In this document: one piece after another, positions 45,978 through 55,564 of the stretch | Layout of the letters: the number at the start of each line of letters is the position of its first letter | Position numbering within the stretch: the first letter of the stretch is position 1 | Source: an uncultured Pseudomonadales bacterium | Lineage (GTDB): Bacteria > Patescibacteriota > Microgenomatia > UBA1400 > CAYNMC01 | Direction: 5' to 3' | Length of the DNA stretch: 64,000 nucleotides | NCBI GenBank assembly: GCA_964398365.1 | Contig: CAYNMC010000038.1 | Span: forward strand, 25,727-89,726 | Made by a program: the position numbers and the translations under genes | The notes under the pieces: model-generated | The model's input: only the letters and a program-made list of their open reading frames with translations | Told to the model about the DNA's origin: nothing | Database searches by the model: none

Positions 45978-46278
45978 TTTGGTTTAACCACTTATCGTAG
46001 TAGGCAGCAAGGTGCCTGACAACTGTATCCAGTGCTTGTTTTCTTGTCCAACGGCGTCTTAATTTATCCTGAAGTTCATAATCCTTAAAAATATTCCAAA
46101 CCCAGTCAGCAAAATCATTTCGCCCCTCATTTACGTGTTGCCTAAACTGCTCATCTGTAATATTGGCAAGCGCGTCCCTTAAATCACGAAGGTTTCTAAG
46201 AGTTGGACCATCCTTAACATAAAAATATTTATCTTCTGGAGCATCGAAATACTCTCTGACAATCTTTCTTCTAGGCAC
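45970..46278 (-). CDS. small conserved hypothetical protein embedded in the glycogen cluster
   Basis: 102 aa, overlaps both neighbours by 8 nt each. Basic/aromatic composition, no TM segment. Confidence 0.55.
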   Translation of the reverse strand: MPRRKIVREYFDAPEDKYFYVKDGPTLRNLRDLRDALANITDEQFRQHVNEGRNDFADWVWNIFKDYELQDKLRRRWTRKQALDTVVRHLAAYYDKWLNQNA

Positions 46279-47494
46279 TTTCTTTTACCACCTCCTTTAC
46301 TCGATTATCAATTCTAAGTTTTAAATCATTCAAAACATTCATGTAATAAATAAATGCATCATAGGGAGAATTATAGGGATTAAAATATTTATGAACATCT
46401 CCGTCTGCAAACCACTTAGTGCACATGTAGTAAAAATGGTCAGACTCTTGAAGACGCCGCCAATCTTCAATCAGAGATTTATCTTTGGAATGTAGTACCT
46501 TTTCTTCCAGTTCATAGAGTTTATTTATCGCCTCGTGTTGCATGGGGTTGGAAAGCCAAGCGGAAAGATCCCGCTCGACATCTGCCCAGGAAATAAAGTC
46601 GGGAACGTCAAGTTCTGAAACTGGTTCATAAAGTCTCACTGCCTCTGAAGGAGTAACAAAAGTGCTGTCAGGATGCGCTAAAATTTTGCCCGGCAGATGC
46701 CTTAAGAATTCAAAAATTCCCGTATCTTCCCACTGATGTTCACCAAAGGTCTCAAAATCCATAAAAAGGTTGACAACTTGTCCAGATCCGTGAATAGCCG
46801 ATATCCAACTGGCAAATTTATCTGCAGTCAGAGGATATTCTTCCCACCATTTAGCCGAAAAACGAAACGCGATATCATCTGAGAGTTTGTAGTTTTTTAG
46901 AAGAAGCTTTATTTTTTTAGTACCCCTGGGTTTATAAACATAATTTGGACTTCTCCAGCCAAGTATATGGCTTGCTCCCTCTGCCAAAATTCCCAGATAA
47001 CCCAACTTTTCTACTTCAACCGCCAGGTCGTTGTTGTAAATAAGCTCAGTATTTCTAAAAACTTTTGGTCTTAATCCAAAAAGTTTTTTAATTTTCTTGC
47101 AATGCAGGGCAATTTGCCTTCTAAATTCCTCTTTTGAAAAAAGAAACGACAGTGAGTGATAGTAAGTCTCGGCCAAAATTTCAACCCGTCCTGTATCAAC
47201 CAATTTTTGAAAAGATTTTAAGGCTTCGGGACAAAATTCTTCTAACTGGTCCAAAAGAACTCCAGTAAAAGAAAAACTAACTTTGAATTTCGGGTATTTT
47301 TTAAGTAGTTCAAAAAGCACTTTATTGGTGGGTAGATAACTTTTTTTCGCTACCTTTGTAAGTACTTTTTTATTATTAAGGTTGCCTTCTCCGTCGTCGT
47401 TAAAATAAAAAGGATCAGTCCCCACATTCCAGATGCGGTACTTCTTAATTCTATATGGTTGATGGACGTGGAAATAAAAACAAATCGACATCAT
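46271..47494 (-). CDS. glycoside hydrolase family 57 (alpha-amylase / 4-alpha-glucanotransferase-like)
   Basis: FYFHVHQPYR N-terminus, with ...FMDFETFGEH and WSN-like segments typical of GH57. Confidence 0.85.
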   Translation of the reverse strand: MMSICFYFHVHQPYRIKKYRIWNVGTDPFYFNDDGEGNLNNKKVLTKVAKKSYLPTNKVLFELLKKYPKFKVSFSFTGVLLDQLEEFCPEALKSFQKLVDTGRVEILAETYYHSLSFLFSKEEFRRQIALHCKKIKKLFGLRPKVFRNTELIYNNDLAVEVEKLGYLGILAEGASHILGWRSPNYVYKPRGTKKIKLLLKNYKLSDDIAFRFSAKWWEEYPLTADKFASWISAIHGSGQVVNLFMDFETFGEHQWEDTGIFEFLRHLPGKILAHPDSTFVTPSEAVRLYEPVSELDVPDFISWADVERDLSAWLSNPMQHEAINKLYELEEKVLHSKDKSLIEDWRRLQESDHFYYMCTKWFADGDVHKYFNPYNSPYDAFIYYMNVLNDLKLRIDNRVKEVVKESA

Positions 47495-47503
47495 AAAAGT
47501 ACC

Positions 47504-48730
47504 TTATACAAAAGCAAAAGCAGGCCGCACTAAAACATTATAAATATCAATTACCTTTTTGGCAGCTTTATCCCAAGTGCACTGCCTTGCTTCAAGCTGA
47601 CCGTTGTCTCTTAGGGTATCATGCAAACTTTTATGATTTAAGACCCCCAAAACCTTATCCGCCATATCATCAACATCCCAAAAATCGGTTTTTAAGGCGT
47701 GAGATAAGACCTCGGAGACTCCCGACTGTTTTGAAACAAGAACAGGAGTTCCCTTCAAAAGAGATTCAAGAGGAACTATTCCAAAAGGCTCGGAAACAGA
47801 GGGCATAACCACAAGATCAGCCGCTTCATAAACTTTTCCTTTCTCATGATCTTTTAGCCAGCCTGTAAAGATAAATTTGTCTGAAATTCCAAGCCAGGCA
47901 GTTTCTTCTATCATCTGTCTTTCCATATCACCACTTCCCACAACCACAAAAATAACCTTGGGATAATACTCCAATACCTTTTTGGCCATTTTTACAAAAT
48001 AATCAGGTCCCTTTTGCAAAGTGATTCTACCCAAATACAAAACTATTTTATAGCCTGCCTTCTTCAGACTTTTAAGGTTGTTTTTGTCTGAACCCGAATC
48101 ATAAAGAGTATTAGCCTCAACTCCATTGTGGACAACTTCAACTTTGTTTGAATCGGCAAAATATTTCTCTGATAGAAGATTTTTGGTAAAGCTACTAACG
48201 GCAATAACCTTATCCGCGTTTTCAATTCCCTCTCGCTCTATCTCATAGACATCTGGGTTAACATTGTTACCCCCAGACCTGTCAAATTCAGTTGCATGAA
48301 AGTGCACAACCAAGGGCTTGCCACTGACTTTTTTAGCCTCTACCCCAGCGCCAAAACTTAACCAATCATGTGCGTGAATAATGTCAAATGTTTCAGTTTT
48401 GGCAATCTCAGCCGCCAGTCTCGCGTAACGGGCTACCTCTTCCAAAAGGCTTGCACCATAAATACCTTGAAAACAGTCTCTTGCGTGCTTTAAGTAGGAA
48501 GCCGAGGTGATATAGGGGTAAAGAAGGGAGTTTACGCCTTTTACATCTACGTTTGGTAAACCCGCAAAAACTAACCTGAGAAAATCTGCCCGGATATCAA
48601 GCTTTTTAGGAAGAACAAATATGATTTCAACGTTTTGATTTGCCAAAGCTCGCGCCAGCCCATAACAGGCAACACCCAAACCCCCACTGTTGTGTGGGGG
48701 AAACTCCCATCCAAACATTAAAACCCTCAT
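47504..48730 (-). CDS. glycogen(starch) synthase-like glycosyltransferase (GT-B, GT4/GT5)
   Basis: FGWEFPPHNSGGLGVACYGLA N-terminus, HAHDW and EPFGIVPLESLLKGTPVLV (E-x7-E). Confidence 0.8.
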   Translation of the reverse strand: MRVLMFGWEFPPHNSGGLGVACYGLARALANQNVEIIFVLPKKLDIRADFLRLVFAGLPNVDVKGVNSLLYPYITSASYLKHARDCFQGIYGASLLEEVARYARLAAEIAKTETFDIIHAHDWLSFGAGVEAKKVSGKPLVVHFHATEFDRSGGNNVNPDVYEIEREGIENADKVIAVSSFTKNLLSEKYFADSNKVEVVHNGVEANTLYDSGSDKNNLKSLKKAGYKIVLYLGRITLQKGPDYFVKMAKKVLEYYPKVIFVVVGSGDMERQMIEETAWLGISDKFIFTGWLKDHEKGKVYEAADLVVMPSVSEPFGIVPLESLLKGTPVLVSKQSGVSEVLSHALKTDFWDVDDMADKVLGVLNHKSLHDTLRDNGQLEARQCTWDKAAKKVIDIYNVLVRPAFAFV

Positions 48731-48762
48731 AATCTTTTAGATTAGGTCAGCATTTTACTGTC

Positions 48763-49296
48763 TTAGGCCATAAATGCCAGATATAACACAAACAAAAATG
48801 TTAAAAGCCAATAAAAAAGCGCTTTTTCGCGGGACAAACTAATTTTAAAGTCACTAAACCAGCTGTTAATCTGACCTTTTTCTAAAAGATCCCTGAATTG
48901 ATCGGTAGATAAAGAAAGGACTAATCCAACAACAAGCCCCTTCCCAAAAAGATTACCAGAGGAGCTTACCACCCAAAAGGCAAAAATCAAAAAAAATATC
49001 TGCATGAAAGCTGTGTGAAATATCAAATTATCTCTTTCTTTACTTGTTGCAAAAATAAACTCAATAGCCTTATAAACTTGCTTTTTAGCTAAAATCTCTC
49101 GAACCCTTAAAGAATCTAAATCTTGGGGACGCAAGAAAAAAACATAGACAAGCTGATCCAGAAAAGGAAGAAAAGTACCCAAAATACCTCCAGCCCAAAA
49201 AGCAAGATAGCCCAGTGAAAACCATCTTTTAATAAGAGTTACAACAGCAAAAACTACTATCAGAAAAATAAGGTGGGTGTAAAGATACTTTCTCAT
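48763..49296 (-). CDS. integral membrane protein (hypothetical)
   Basis: 177 aa with five or six hydrophobic segments. Confidence 0.55.
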   Translation of the reverse strand: MRKYLYTHLIFLIVVFAVVTLIKRWFSLGYLAFWAGGILGTFLPFLDQLVYVFFLRPQDLDSLRVREILAKKQVYKAIEFIFATSKERDNLIFHTAFMQIFFLIFAFWVVSSSGNLFGKGLVVGLVLSLSTDQFRDLLEKGQINSWFSDFKISLSREKALFYWLLTFLFVLYLAFMA

Positions 49297-49378
49297 TGTA
49301 GACTATAACATTTTTGCACTATTTAAGAAGAAAGTTCAAGAAGATATTCAAAAAGTGGTTGTACCTAACAAGAGACTC

Positions 49379-49687
49379 TCACTTCGTTCGACTCTTTTTG
49401 GGTGTTAACTTACTCTGCTCTTTAAGCTGCCTTAATTTCCACATAAAAAGGCGCGCCGGGGATTTGACGCTTGCAGCGTCTTTGACAAAATTGCGAGCTG
49501 CCTCCAATAAACCCCTTGGGGTCTCTTTGGCTAGTTTTATGTATAAAGCTTTATGTTTTAGGTCATCCAGTTCTTTTGCCAATTCATAGCCATATTTTTG
49601 AAATTCACGCGAAATGTATTTATCTTTGTCAGAGTTGAATTTTTTTAATATATCCCCAACTTTTGAGAAACCCAGTTGTTTATCCAT
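49379..49687 (-). CDS. hypothetical basic protein
   Basis: 102 aa, helical/charged. Preferred over the overlapping plus-strand ORF 49314..49589 because it is co-directional with pth and has a more protein-like composition. Confidence 0.5.
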   Translation of the reverse strand: MDKQLGFSKVGDILKKFNSDKDKYISREFQKYGYELAKELDDLKHKALYIKLAKETPRGLLEAARNFVKDAASVKSPARLFMWKLRQLKEQSKLTPKKSRTK

Positions 49688-49712
49688 AAAATAATTAAAA
49701 CACCATCGCCCG

Positions 49713-50198
49713 TTATTTTTTAATCCTCAAGACTAAATCTTTAACTGCCTTTTTGATTACATTAGTAATTACCAGTAACTCTTCGTCGTCAAAGTCTTGA
49801 AGCACATACTCCTCGCCTTTTATTCGTTTTTCTTTATCTGCTATTCTGTTATCTACTCCTATCCTTAAATGCCAAAAATCTTTAGTGCCCAAAGCCTCAT
49901 AAATAGAGTTTAGGCCCTTGTGCTCCTTGGGGCCTACTCCAAACTGAATTTTATATTTGCCCAATTTTATATCAAGATCATCATGAACTACATATAAGTC
50001 ACTAGGCACCAGGGAGTAGATACTAGTGAATTTTCTAACTGCATCGCCAGAGGAGTTCATGAATACGCCTGTTTTTTTGACTATTAGATCTTTTGGGAGC
50101 TTGGTGGAAAGAAGCTTATCAACAAAAAGGTAGCCAACATTGTGGCGGGTTTTTTTATATTCCTCACCGGGATTCCCAAGACCGATAACAAGCTTCAT
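49713..50198 (-). CDS. pth: peptidyl-tRNA hydrolase
   Basis: MKLVIGLGNPGEEYKKTRHNVGY, the canonical Pth N-terminus with catalytic His. 161 aa. Confidence 0.93.
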   Translation of the reverse strand: MKLVIGLGNPGEEYKKTRHNVGYLFVDKLLSTKLPKDLIVKKTGVFMNSSGDAVRKFTSIYSLVPSDLYVVHDDLDIKLGKYKIQFGVGPKEHKGLNSIYEALGTKDFWHLRIGVDNRIADKEKRIKGEEYVLQDFDDEELLVITNVIKKAVKDLVLRIKK

Positions 50199-50227
50199 AG
50201 AAACAATTCTATCAGTAAACCCCTACT

Positions 50228-50845
50228 TCATGAAACAAACGGGACGAAGTTGAAGATGCCGTGCTCAGACTTTCTTATGCCTTTTTTTGTCTTTTTATAT
50301 TTTGTCATTGTCTTGTCATAACCTTCCCCTACCGGCGCAACCAAAACTCCTCCCATTTTAAGTTGCTCAAACAAACTCGCTGGAACTTTTTTGGAAACTC
50401 CGGCTGTAATCAAAATTGCATCAAAAGGTGCCTTGCTTTTCCAGCCCAGCTCTCCTCTTCCCCACTTAACTTTTACATTTTTGTAACCCAGTTTCTTTAA
50501 TTTTTCTCTAGCTTGTTTGGCAAGCTGACTAATTATCTCTATCGTAAAAACTCTCTTTGCCAAAATAGATAAGATAGCAGCCTGATAGCCCGACCCCGTT
50601 CCAATTTCCAAAACCTTCTCCCCCCCTTTAAGACCCAGAAGGTGTGTCATAATGGCAACTGTATAAGGCTGAGACATTGTCTGGCCAAAACCAATTGGCA
50701 CCGGCCGGTCATCATAAGAAAGATGACGAAATTTAGAAGGGGCAAATTTATCTCGCGGAACCAAAAGCATTGCTGAGAGGACTTTGGGAGAATTTAAAGC
50801 ATACTTTGTTTTAATCTCCCAAACCATCCTCTCTGCGTCTGTCAT
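50228..50845 (-). CDS. pcm: protein-L-isoaspartate O-methyltransferase
   Basis: GFGQTMSQPYTVAIM and VLEIGTGSGYQAAILS. Confidence 0.9.
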   Translation of the reverse strand: MTDAERMVWEIKTKYALNSPKVLSAMLLVPRDKFAPSKFRHLSYDDRPVPIGFGQTMSQPYTVAIMTHLLGLKGGEKVLEIGTGSGYQAAILSILAKRVFTIEIISQLAKQAREKLKKLGYKNVKVKWGRGELGWKSKAPFDAILITAGVSKKVPASLFEQLKMGGVLVAPVGEGYDKTMTKYKKTKKGIRKSEHGIFNFVPFVS

Positions 50846-50853
50846 GGTTGAAC

Positions 50854-51183
50854 CTATAACTTTCCCAATAATTGCCTTACAAACTTACCAACAATAGGAA
50901 CCTCCCACTCTTCACCCTGCCAGGCTTTGTAAATAAGAAAAAGCCAAAGAATAAAACCTACAATCCCTACCAAAGGCACCAGAGCAACAAGAATTATTGT
51001 AAAGCCCATAATCATCTGTAAAACAAACAAACCCAAAAATACCACTATTGACTGCATTGCATGGAAACGCACATAGGAATCTTTTTCCAAAATTAGAAAA
51101 ATCACTCCTGTGATAGGACCCAAAACATAAGATAGTGCTGCCGCCGTGTTTTTACTAAGTCCAGTTCCAGAACTAACTGGCAT
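50854..51183 (-). CDS. small multi-TM membrane protein, DUF4870/Tic20-like, copy 2
   Basis: AAALSYVLGPITGVIFLILEKDSYVRFHAMQS ... KAWQGEEWEVPIVGKF. Paralogue of 12543..12869. Confidence 0.7.
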   Translation of the reverse strand: MPVSSGTGLSKNTAAALSYVLGPITGVIFLILEKDSYVRFHAMQSIVVFLGLFVLQMIMGFTIILVALVPLVGIVGFILWLFLIYKAWQGEEWEVPIVGKFVRQLLGKL

Positions 51184-51264
51184 AATTTCTCACCTCCTTA
51201 TACTCCCTTATATACATAATTTCAATTAGACTGGATTTTGTCAAGAAAAAATGGCAATCAAAGA

Positions 51265-52563
51265 CTAATCAAAAAGGTGTCCTTGGTCGAAAGGTACGGA
51301 CACATGTTCTTCCTCGCGCCAAATCTTGACAACTCCATAAACTCCATCATATCCCGGTAAAATTTGAATATCTCCCAAGCGAACTTTTTTGATTCCCTCA
51401 ACCACTTTTGGATAAGTAGCCTTTTCCAATTCAGACAAGGCAGTTTCAAGTAAGACCTTATATTCGCTCCCAAAATTATTAACAAGTTGGTCATAAATTT
51501 GCAGAACTTTTTGACTTGTTTCACCACTGGCTAAAGACTCGGAAATAATCTCCAAAAGAGGAACCATCATTACATATGGCGCACGATTTTGGTCTTTTGA
51601 TTTTATCCAACGAACCCCAAACTCATCAATAAAACTTTCTGTCTCAATTTCTTTTTTGGCAAGATGCTCCACCCTGCTCATAACACCCACTGTCAAGGGT
51701 TTCCCACAAACCGGGCAGGTGATTCCTCTCTTGCGCGTATCGTTTGGGGAATAAACTATTTTGCAATTTCTATGACCAGTGTAGTGGTATTTCCCTTCCT
51801 CAGGATAAAACTCTATGGTATGAGAAATACCTTGAGGATTCATAAGAGAGTTCCTTAAGTTTTCAAAACTTAAGCTTTCTAGATTAAAAATGGTCATCTC
51901 GCGCCCCAGTTTTGCGGGTGAGTGCGCATCAGAGAAAGAAACGATATTCTTACTATTAAGCTCTCCAATTCTCCAATTCATAGCCGGATCACTTGAAAGG
52001 CCAGTTTCTATTGCAAAAATATTTTCGGCAAACTCACCAAAACACTCCCTGATACTCTCAAAACCAGAAATACTGCCATATAAAGAAAACCATGGAGTCC
52101 AAGCATGGGCCGGGATAATAATTATTCTTTTGTCAATATTCCAAAGGACTTCTGCTACCACTTTTACTGACATACCCAGAATCGGTCTTCCGTCACTTAG
52201 TAAATTAACTCCCTTTTTTGTTAATTCTTTATTTACCTTTTCGATAACTTCAAAATTGGGGGCAAAGACAAGATAGTGTATTCTGTGGCTTTTACCTGAT
52301 TGTAAATAGACAGAACTAATCTCAGTTGAAAGAATAAATCCCGGCGAATTTTTATCCGAACCTTTCAGCCTGTAGATTCCCTCCTCATTCTCTTTGAGAT
52401 TTGCTTCAAGCTCGCGAAGCCATAAAGGATGCGTCCAATCTCCTGTTGCCACAAGGTCAATACCCTTCTTTACCGCCCAGTTGGCGATAGTCGAAACATT
52501 CATCTGCGAAGAAACAGCTCTGGAAAAGCGCGAATGCAAATGAAGATCAGCAGTAACCTTCAT
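51265..52563 (-). CDS. PHP-domain endonuclease Q-like protein, copy 2
   Basis: ADLHLHSRFSRA, ATGDWTHPLW and ITCPVCGKPLTVGVMSRVEHL. 38/60 identical to copy 1 over the first 60 residues (manual count). Confidence 0.7.
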   Translation of the reverse strand: MKVTADLHLHSRFSRAVSSQMNVSTIANWAVKKGIDLVATGDWTHPLWLRELEANLKENEEGIYRLKGSDKNSPGFILSTEISSVYLQSGKSHRIHYLVFAPNFEVIEKVNKELTKKGVNLLSDGRPILGMSVKVVAEVLWNIDKRIIIIPAHAWTPWFSLYGSISGFESIRECFGEFAENIFAIETGLSSDPAMNWRIGELNSKNIVSFSDAHSPAKLGREMTIFNLESLSFENLRNSLMNPQGISHTIEFYPEEGKYHYTGHRNCKIVYSPNDTRKRGITCPVCGKPLTVGVMSRVEHLAKKEIETESFIDEFGVRWIKSKDQNRAPYVMMVPLLEIISESLASGETSQKVLQIYDQLVNNFGSEYKVLLETALSELEKATYPKVVEGIKKVRLGDIQILPGYDGVYGVVKIWREEEHVSVPFDQGHLFD

Positions 52564-52584
52564 GGTGAAGGTATTTTAACCCAC

Positions 52585-53559
52585 CTAGCTAAACTCGGCA
52601 ACCAGAAAGAGAAGATACATCACAAGAAGTACTCCCGCCTCCCACCTATCAAGCCGGTGTTTGCTTCTTATAAAAAACCAAAAAGTGATAAAAATGATGA
52701 TAAACGCGACTGCCGCCAACGAATATTTCTCAACTGTCATCAAGCTAACCGGGGATATGACGGAAACTGTCCCCAGAATAAGAGTAGAGTTGGCAATTAT
52801 TGATCCAAAAAGATTGCCCAAAAACATACTGGGTTCTTTATTCCCAAGTGATTTGAATGAGAAAGCAAGTTCAGGAAGAGTCGTGCCCATCGACAAAATA
52901 ACAAGACCCACAATAAAAACTGGTACACCGGCCAGAGAAGCCAAAAAGGTACCCACTCGCACAATTACATCGGCTGAAAAAAGCAAAAGAGCAATACCGA
53001 TAAAAAGACTGCCCAAATCCTTTGATAAGACTGTTTCAGTATGAACGAACTCCCGCAAAAAACGATGCACAAATTTCTGATCCAGATTTTCCTGAGCGAT
53101 TTGCACAAACCGGTTTTTAAAAAAGCTTGACGCATAGCCAGCATAGACAGCCAAAAGGATAAGGCCATCAACTCTTGAAAGTTCTCTGTCTATTATTAGA
53201 AGAAGAGGTAAAAGTCCTGCCAAAAAGGCAAAAAAAAGATCTTTCTTGATTGCCTCGCCTTTTATATTTACCTTACCGAGAATAAAGGCACTTAGCCCTG
53301 CCACAAGTGAAATATTGGCAATATTAGCTCCCAAAACATTACCCAAGCTTAAGTTCGGACTACCCTCTAGAGCCGAGGTAATTCCTACAAAAAATTCCGG
53401 AAGCGAAGTTCCAACCGCCAAAATTATTGCAGACAAAACAAAAACCTTAGCTCCAACTTTTTTACTTATCCTTCTTATGGCAAGAATTACAAGGTCTGAA
53501 GATTTAATCAGAAAAAAGGAAAAAATAAAAAGTGATAAAAAAAGGGTAATGATTATCAT
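52585..53559 (-). CDS. Ca2+/cation antiporter (CaCA family, YrbG-like)
   Basis: Two alpha-repeats, AVGTSLPEFFVGITSA and SMGTTLPELAFSF. About 10 TM segments. Confidence 0.85.
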   Translation of the reverse strand: MIIITLFLSLFIFSFFLIKSSDLVILAIRRISKKVGAKVFVLSAIILAVGTSLPEFFVGITSALEGSPNLSLGNVLGANIANISLVAGLSAFILGKVNIKGEAIKKDLFFAFLAGLLPLLLIIDRELSRVDGLILLAVYAGYASSFFKNRFVQIAQENLDQKFVHRFLREFVHTETVLSKDLGSLFIGIALLLFSADVIVRVGTFLASLAGVPVFIVGLVILSMGTTLPELAFSFKSLGNKEPSMFLGNLFGSIIANSTLILGTVSVISPVSLMTVEKYSLAAVAFIIIFITFWFFIRSKHRLDRWEAGVLLVMYLLFLVAEFS

Positions 53560-53630
53560 TGTCTAAACTTTTTTAAAAAAACTTTAGAGAATTCTTTGAT
53601 AATAAACATTATAAACAATATCCTAACACA

Positions 53631-55349
53631 TTAAACTCCCTGAAGTTTAAAAAGTTTTTTAATCTCATCTAAAGTTGTTGCCTCTTCCGCCGATTTATCA
53701 TCACGAAAACGAATTAGCCGAGGAAATCTCAGAGCAAAACCCGTCGTATGTTTGGGACTAACTGTCAACTCATCGGCTGCAATTTCTACAACTACCTTTG
53801 GAGCTACCCAAAAATCAGGATAAAGGTCCTTATGAACTTCGTAGTTTTTCGGTTTTTCTTTAATTTGAATTTTAAGCAAACGTTTCTTCAACTCCCTAAA
53901 CTGCTCATCCGTTAGGCCAGTACCAACCTTTGTAATAGTTCTTATCATCTCTTTATCCAAGATACCAGCCAAAAACTGCCCAACTCCAAAGCTGGCTCTT
54001 TTACCCTTACCCAAGGTATAACCCATAATGATTGCATCTATTGTGTCTGCCAATTTTCCCTGAGCTTGTTCCTGTTCCTTCATCTTTACCCAGCGCCAAC
54101 CTGTTCTTCCGGGAACATAAGTTGAGTTGGCTTTTTTTACCATTACTCCTTCCAAGCCCTCAGCCACTTTTTGTTTATAGTATTTGTTTATTTCCTCGGG
54201 GTTGGAAGTTATCGCTTTTTCATCTACCACAAAAAGCTGGTTGGGTATAAAAAGTTTTTCCAAAATTTTTCTTCTTTTCAGATATGGAAGATTCATAAGA
54301 TTTTTTCCATCTTTATAGATAATGTCAAACACCTGAAACCTAAGAGGTATTTCTTTGGACTTTTCTTCAATTTTATATTTGCGCCTTCTTTGCATTGTCG
54401 TCTGAAAGTCGGCAAGTCGCTTCATTTCAGGATCCATTCCCACGGCTTCACTATCCAAAATTACCTCTTTGGCTTTTAAGTATTTTTTAATCTCATAAAT
54501 TTCGGGAAACATCCCCGCCACATCGTTTAAGTTCCTAGTAAAAGCCTTTATAAAATTTTTCTTTCCTCTTTTAAAATGAATAAGAACCCTCAAGCCATCA
54601 AACTTAGGCTCAACAACCACCTCGCCCATTTTTTTAATCATCTCTTGAGGACTTTTGAGTCTTTGAGCAAGCATGGGAAGAACTGGAATCCCAATTACTG
54701 GTTTGACATTTTTTGCGGCACTTGCGGCTCCACGCCTTTTTACCTCCTTTGCCAAAAGTCCAACATCTGGAACAACTTGATAAGCCTCCTCCAAGGTGGG
54801 CTTTAAACTTTTATCCCCCCTCTCCATCCAACTCAAGGCATCCAAAATTGTTTTTTCTGAAAAACCCAGCCTTAACCTTCCTACTGGGATTCTTGAAACA
54901 AAGCGGCAACTTAGCGGATCAAGTTCGGATAGGATTTGAGCCATTTTGCTGATTTTTCTTTCTTGACTTCCTTCACCTTGGTCTTCGGCAATTTCAAAAA
55001 GGCAGTTATAAATCCTCTCAACCGAATAGTCTTTGGTTTCTAAGTTTGACTTCTGGGCCAAATCCGCAGCAACATCACCCAAATCTCCGAGTTTTTTATA
55101 GATAGTTTTAACTTCTTTAACATCTTTTTTGAATGCTTTTGCCAAAACCAAAATCATCATCCTTTCTGCCAAATTAAAAACTATACCCTTGAAACTGGGA
55201 GCAAGAGTGCCCAAAGATAAATAAACTATCTTGTCTATTTCATCAGTCTCACTCCTAGAAAGAAGTTCGGCCAATATTTTGGTGATTTCTATCCTTGAGG
55301 AAGTTCTCTCCAGTTTATTAAGATAAAAAGCAAACTCCCTAAATTTCAT
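53631..55349 (-). CDS. ATP-dependent DNA ligase, archaeal/eukaryal Lig1-type, copy 2
   Basis: 572 aa. EPKFDGLRVLIH, LDSEAVGM, EGVMVK, WVKMK and LRFPRLIRFRDDK. 33/60 identical to copy 1 over the first 60 residues (manual count). Confidence 0.9.
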   Translation of the reverse strand: MKFREFAFYLNKLERTSSRIEITKILAELLSRSETDEIDKIVYLSLGTLAPSFKGIVFNLAERMMILVLAKAFKKDVKEVKTIYKKLGDLGDVAADLAQKSNLETKDYSVERIYNCLFEIAEDQGEGSQERKISKMAQILSELDPLSCRFVSRIPVGRLRLGFSEKTILDALSWMERGDKSLKPTLEEAYQVVPDVGLLAKEVKRRGAASAAKNVKPVIGIPVLPMLAQRLKSPQEMIKKMGEVVVEPKFDGLRVLIHFKRGKKNFIKAFTRNLNDVAGMFPEIYEIKKYLKAKEVILDSEAVGMDPEMKRLADFQTTMQRRRKYKIEEKSKEIPLRFQVFDIIYKDGKNLMNLPYLKRRKILEKLFIPNQLFVVDEKAITSNPEEINKYYKQKVAEGLEGVMVKKANSTYVPGRTGWRWVKMKEQEQAQGKLADTIDAIIMGYTLGKGKRASFGVGQFLAGILDKEMIRTITKVGTGLTDEQFRELKKRLLKIQIKEKPKNYEVHKDLYPDFWVAPKVVVEIAADELTVSPKHTTGFALRFPRLIRFRDDKSAEEATTLDEIKKLFKLQGV

Positions 55350-55356
55350 GAGTATA

Positions 55357-55560
55357 TTATACTCTTTGGGTGGCTAAGTAAGAAGAAAAGAAAAGATAGG
55401 CAAAAACAACCACTCCAATAAAAGCCAGTCCAAAAGCAATATTTATTAGACCATTCCATTCTTGGTGGAAAATCTTATTAAGCCCCTCTCCAACTAAAGT
55501 CAAGCCAAAAAGGGCTGGCAAAACCAATATCATATACAAAAATTGCGGGTCTTTTGCCAT
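55357..55560 (-). CDS. small two-TM membrane protein (hypothetical)
   Basis: 67 aa with two hydrophobic helices. Gaps of 4 nt and 7 nt to Fic and the ligase. Confidence 0.5.
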   Translation of the reverse strand: MAKDPQFLYMILVLPALFGLTLVGEGLNKIFHQEWNGLINIAFGLAFIGVVVFAYLFFSSYLATQRV

Positions 55561-55564
55561 AATT

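Noticed and set aside
52661-53566. Plus-strand ORFs of 127 and 106 aa
   Set aside because: They are antisense to the CaCA antiporter, which has two clear alpha-repeat motifs.
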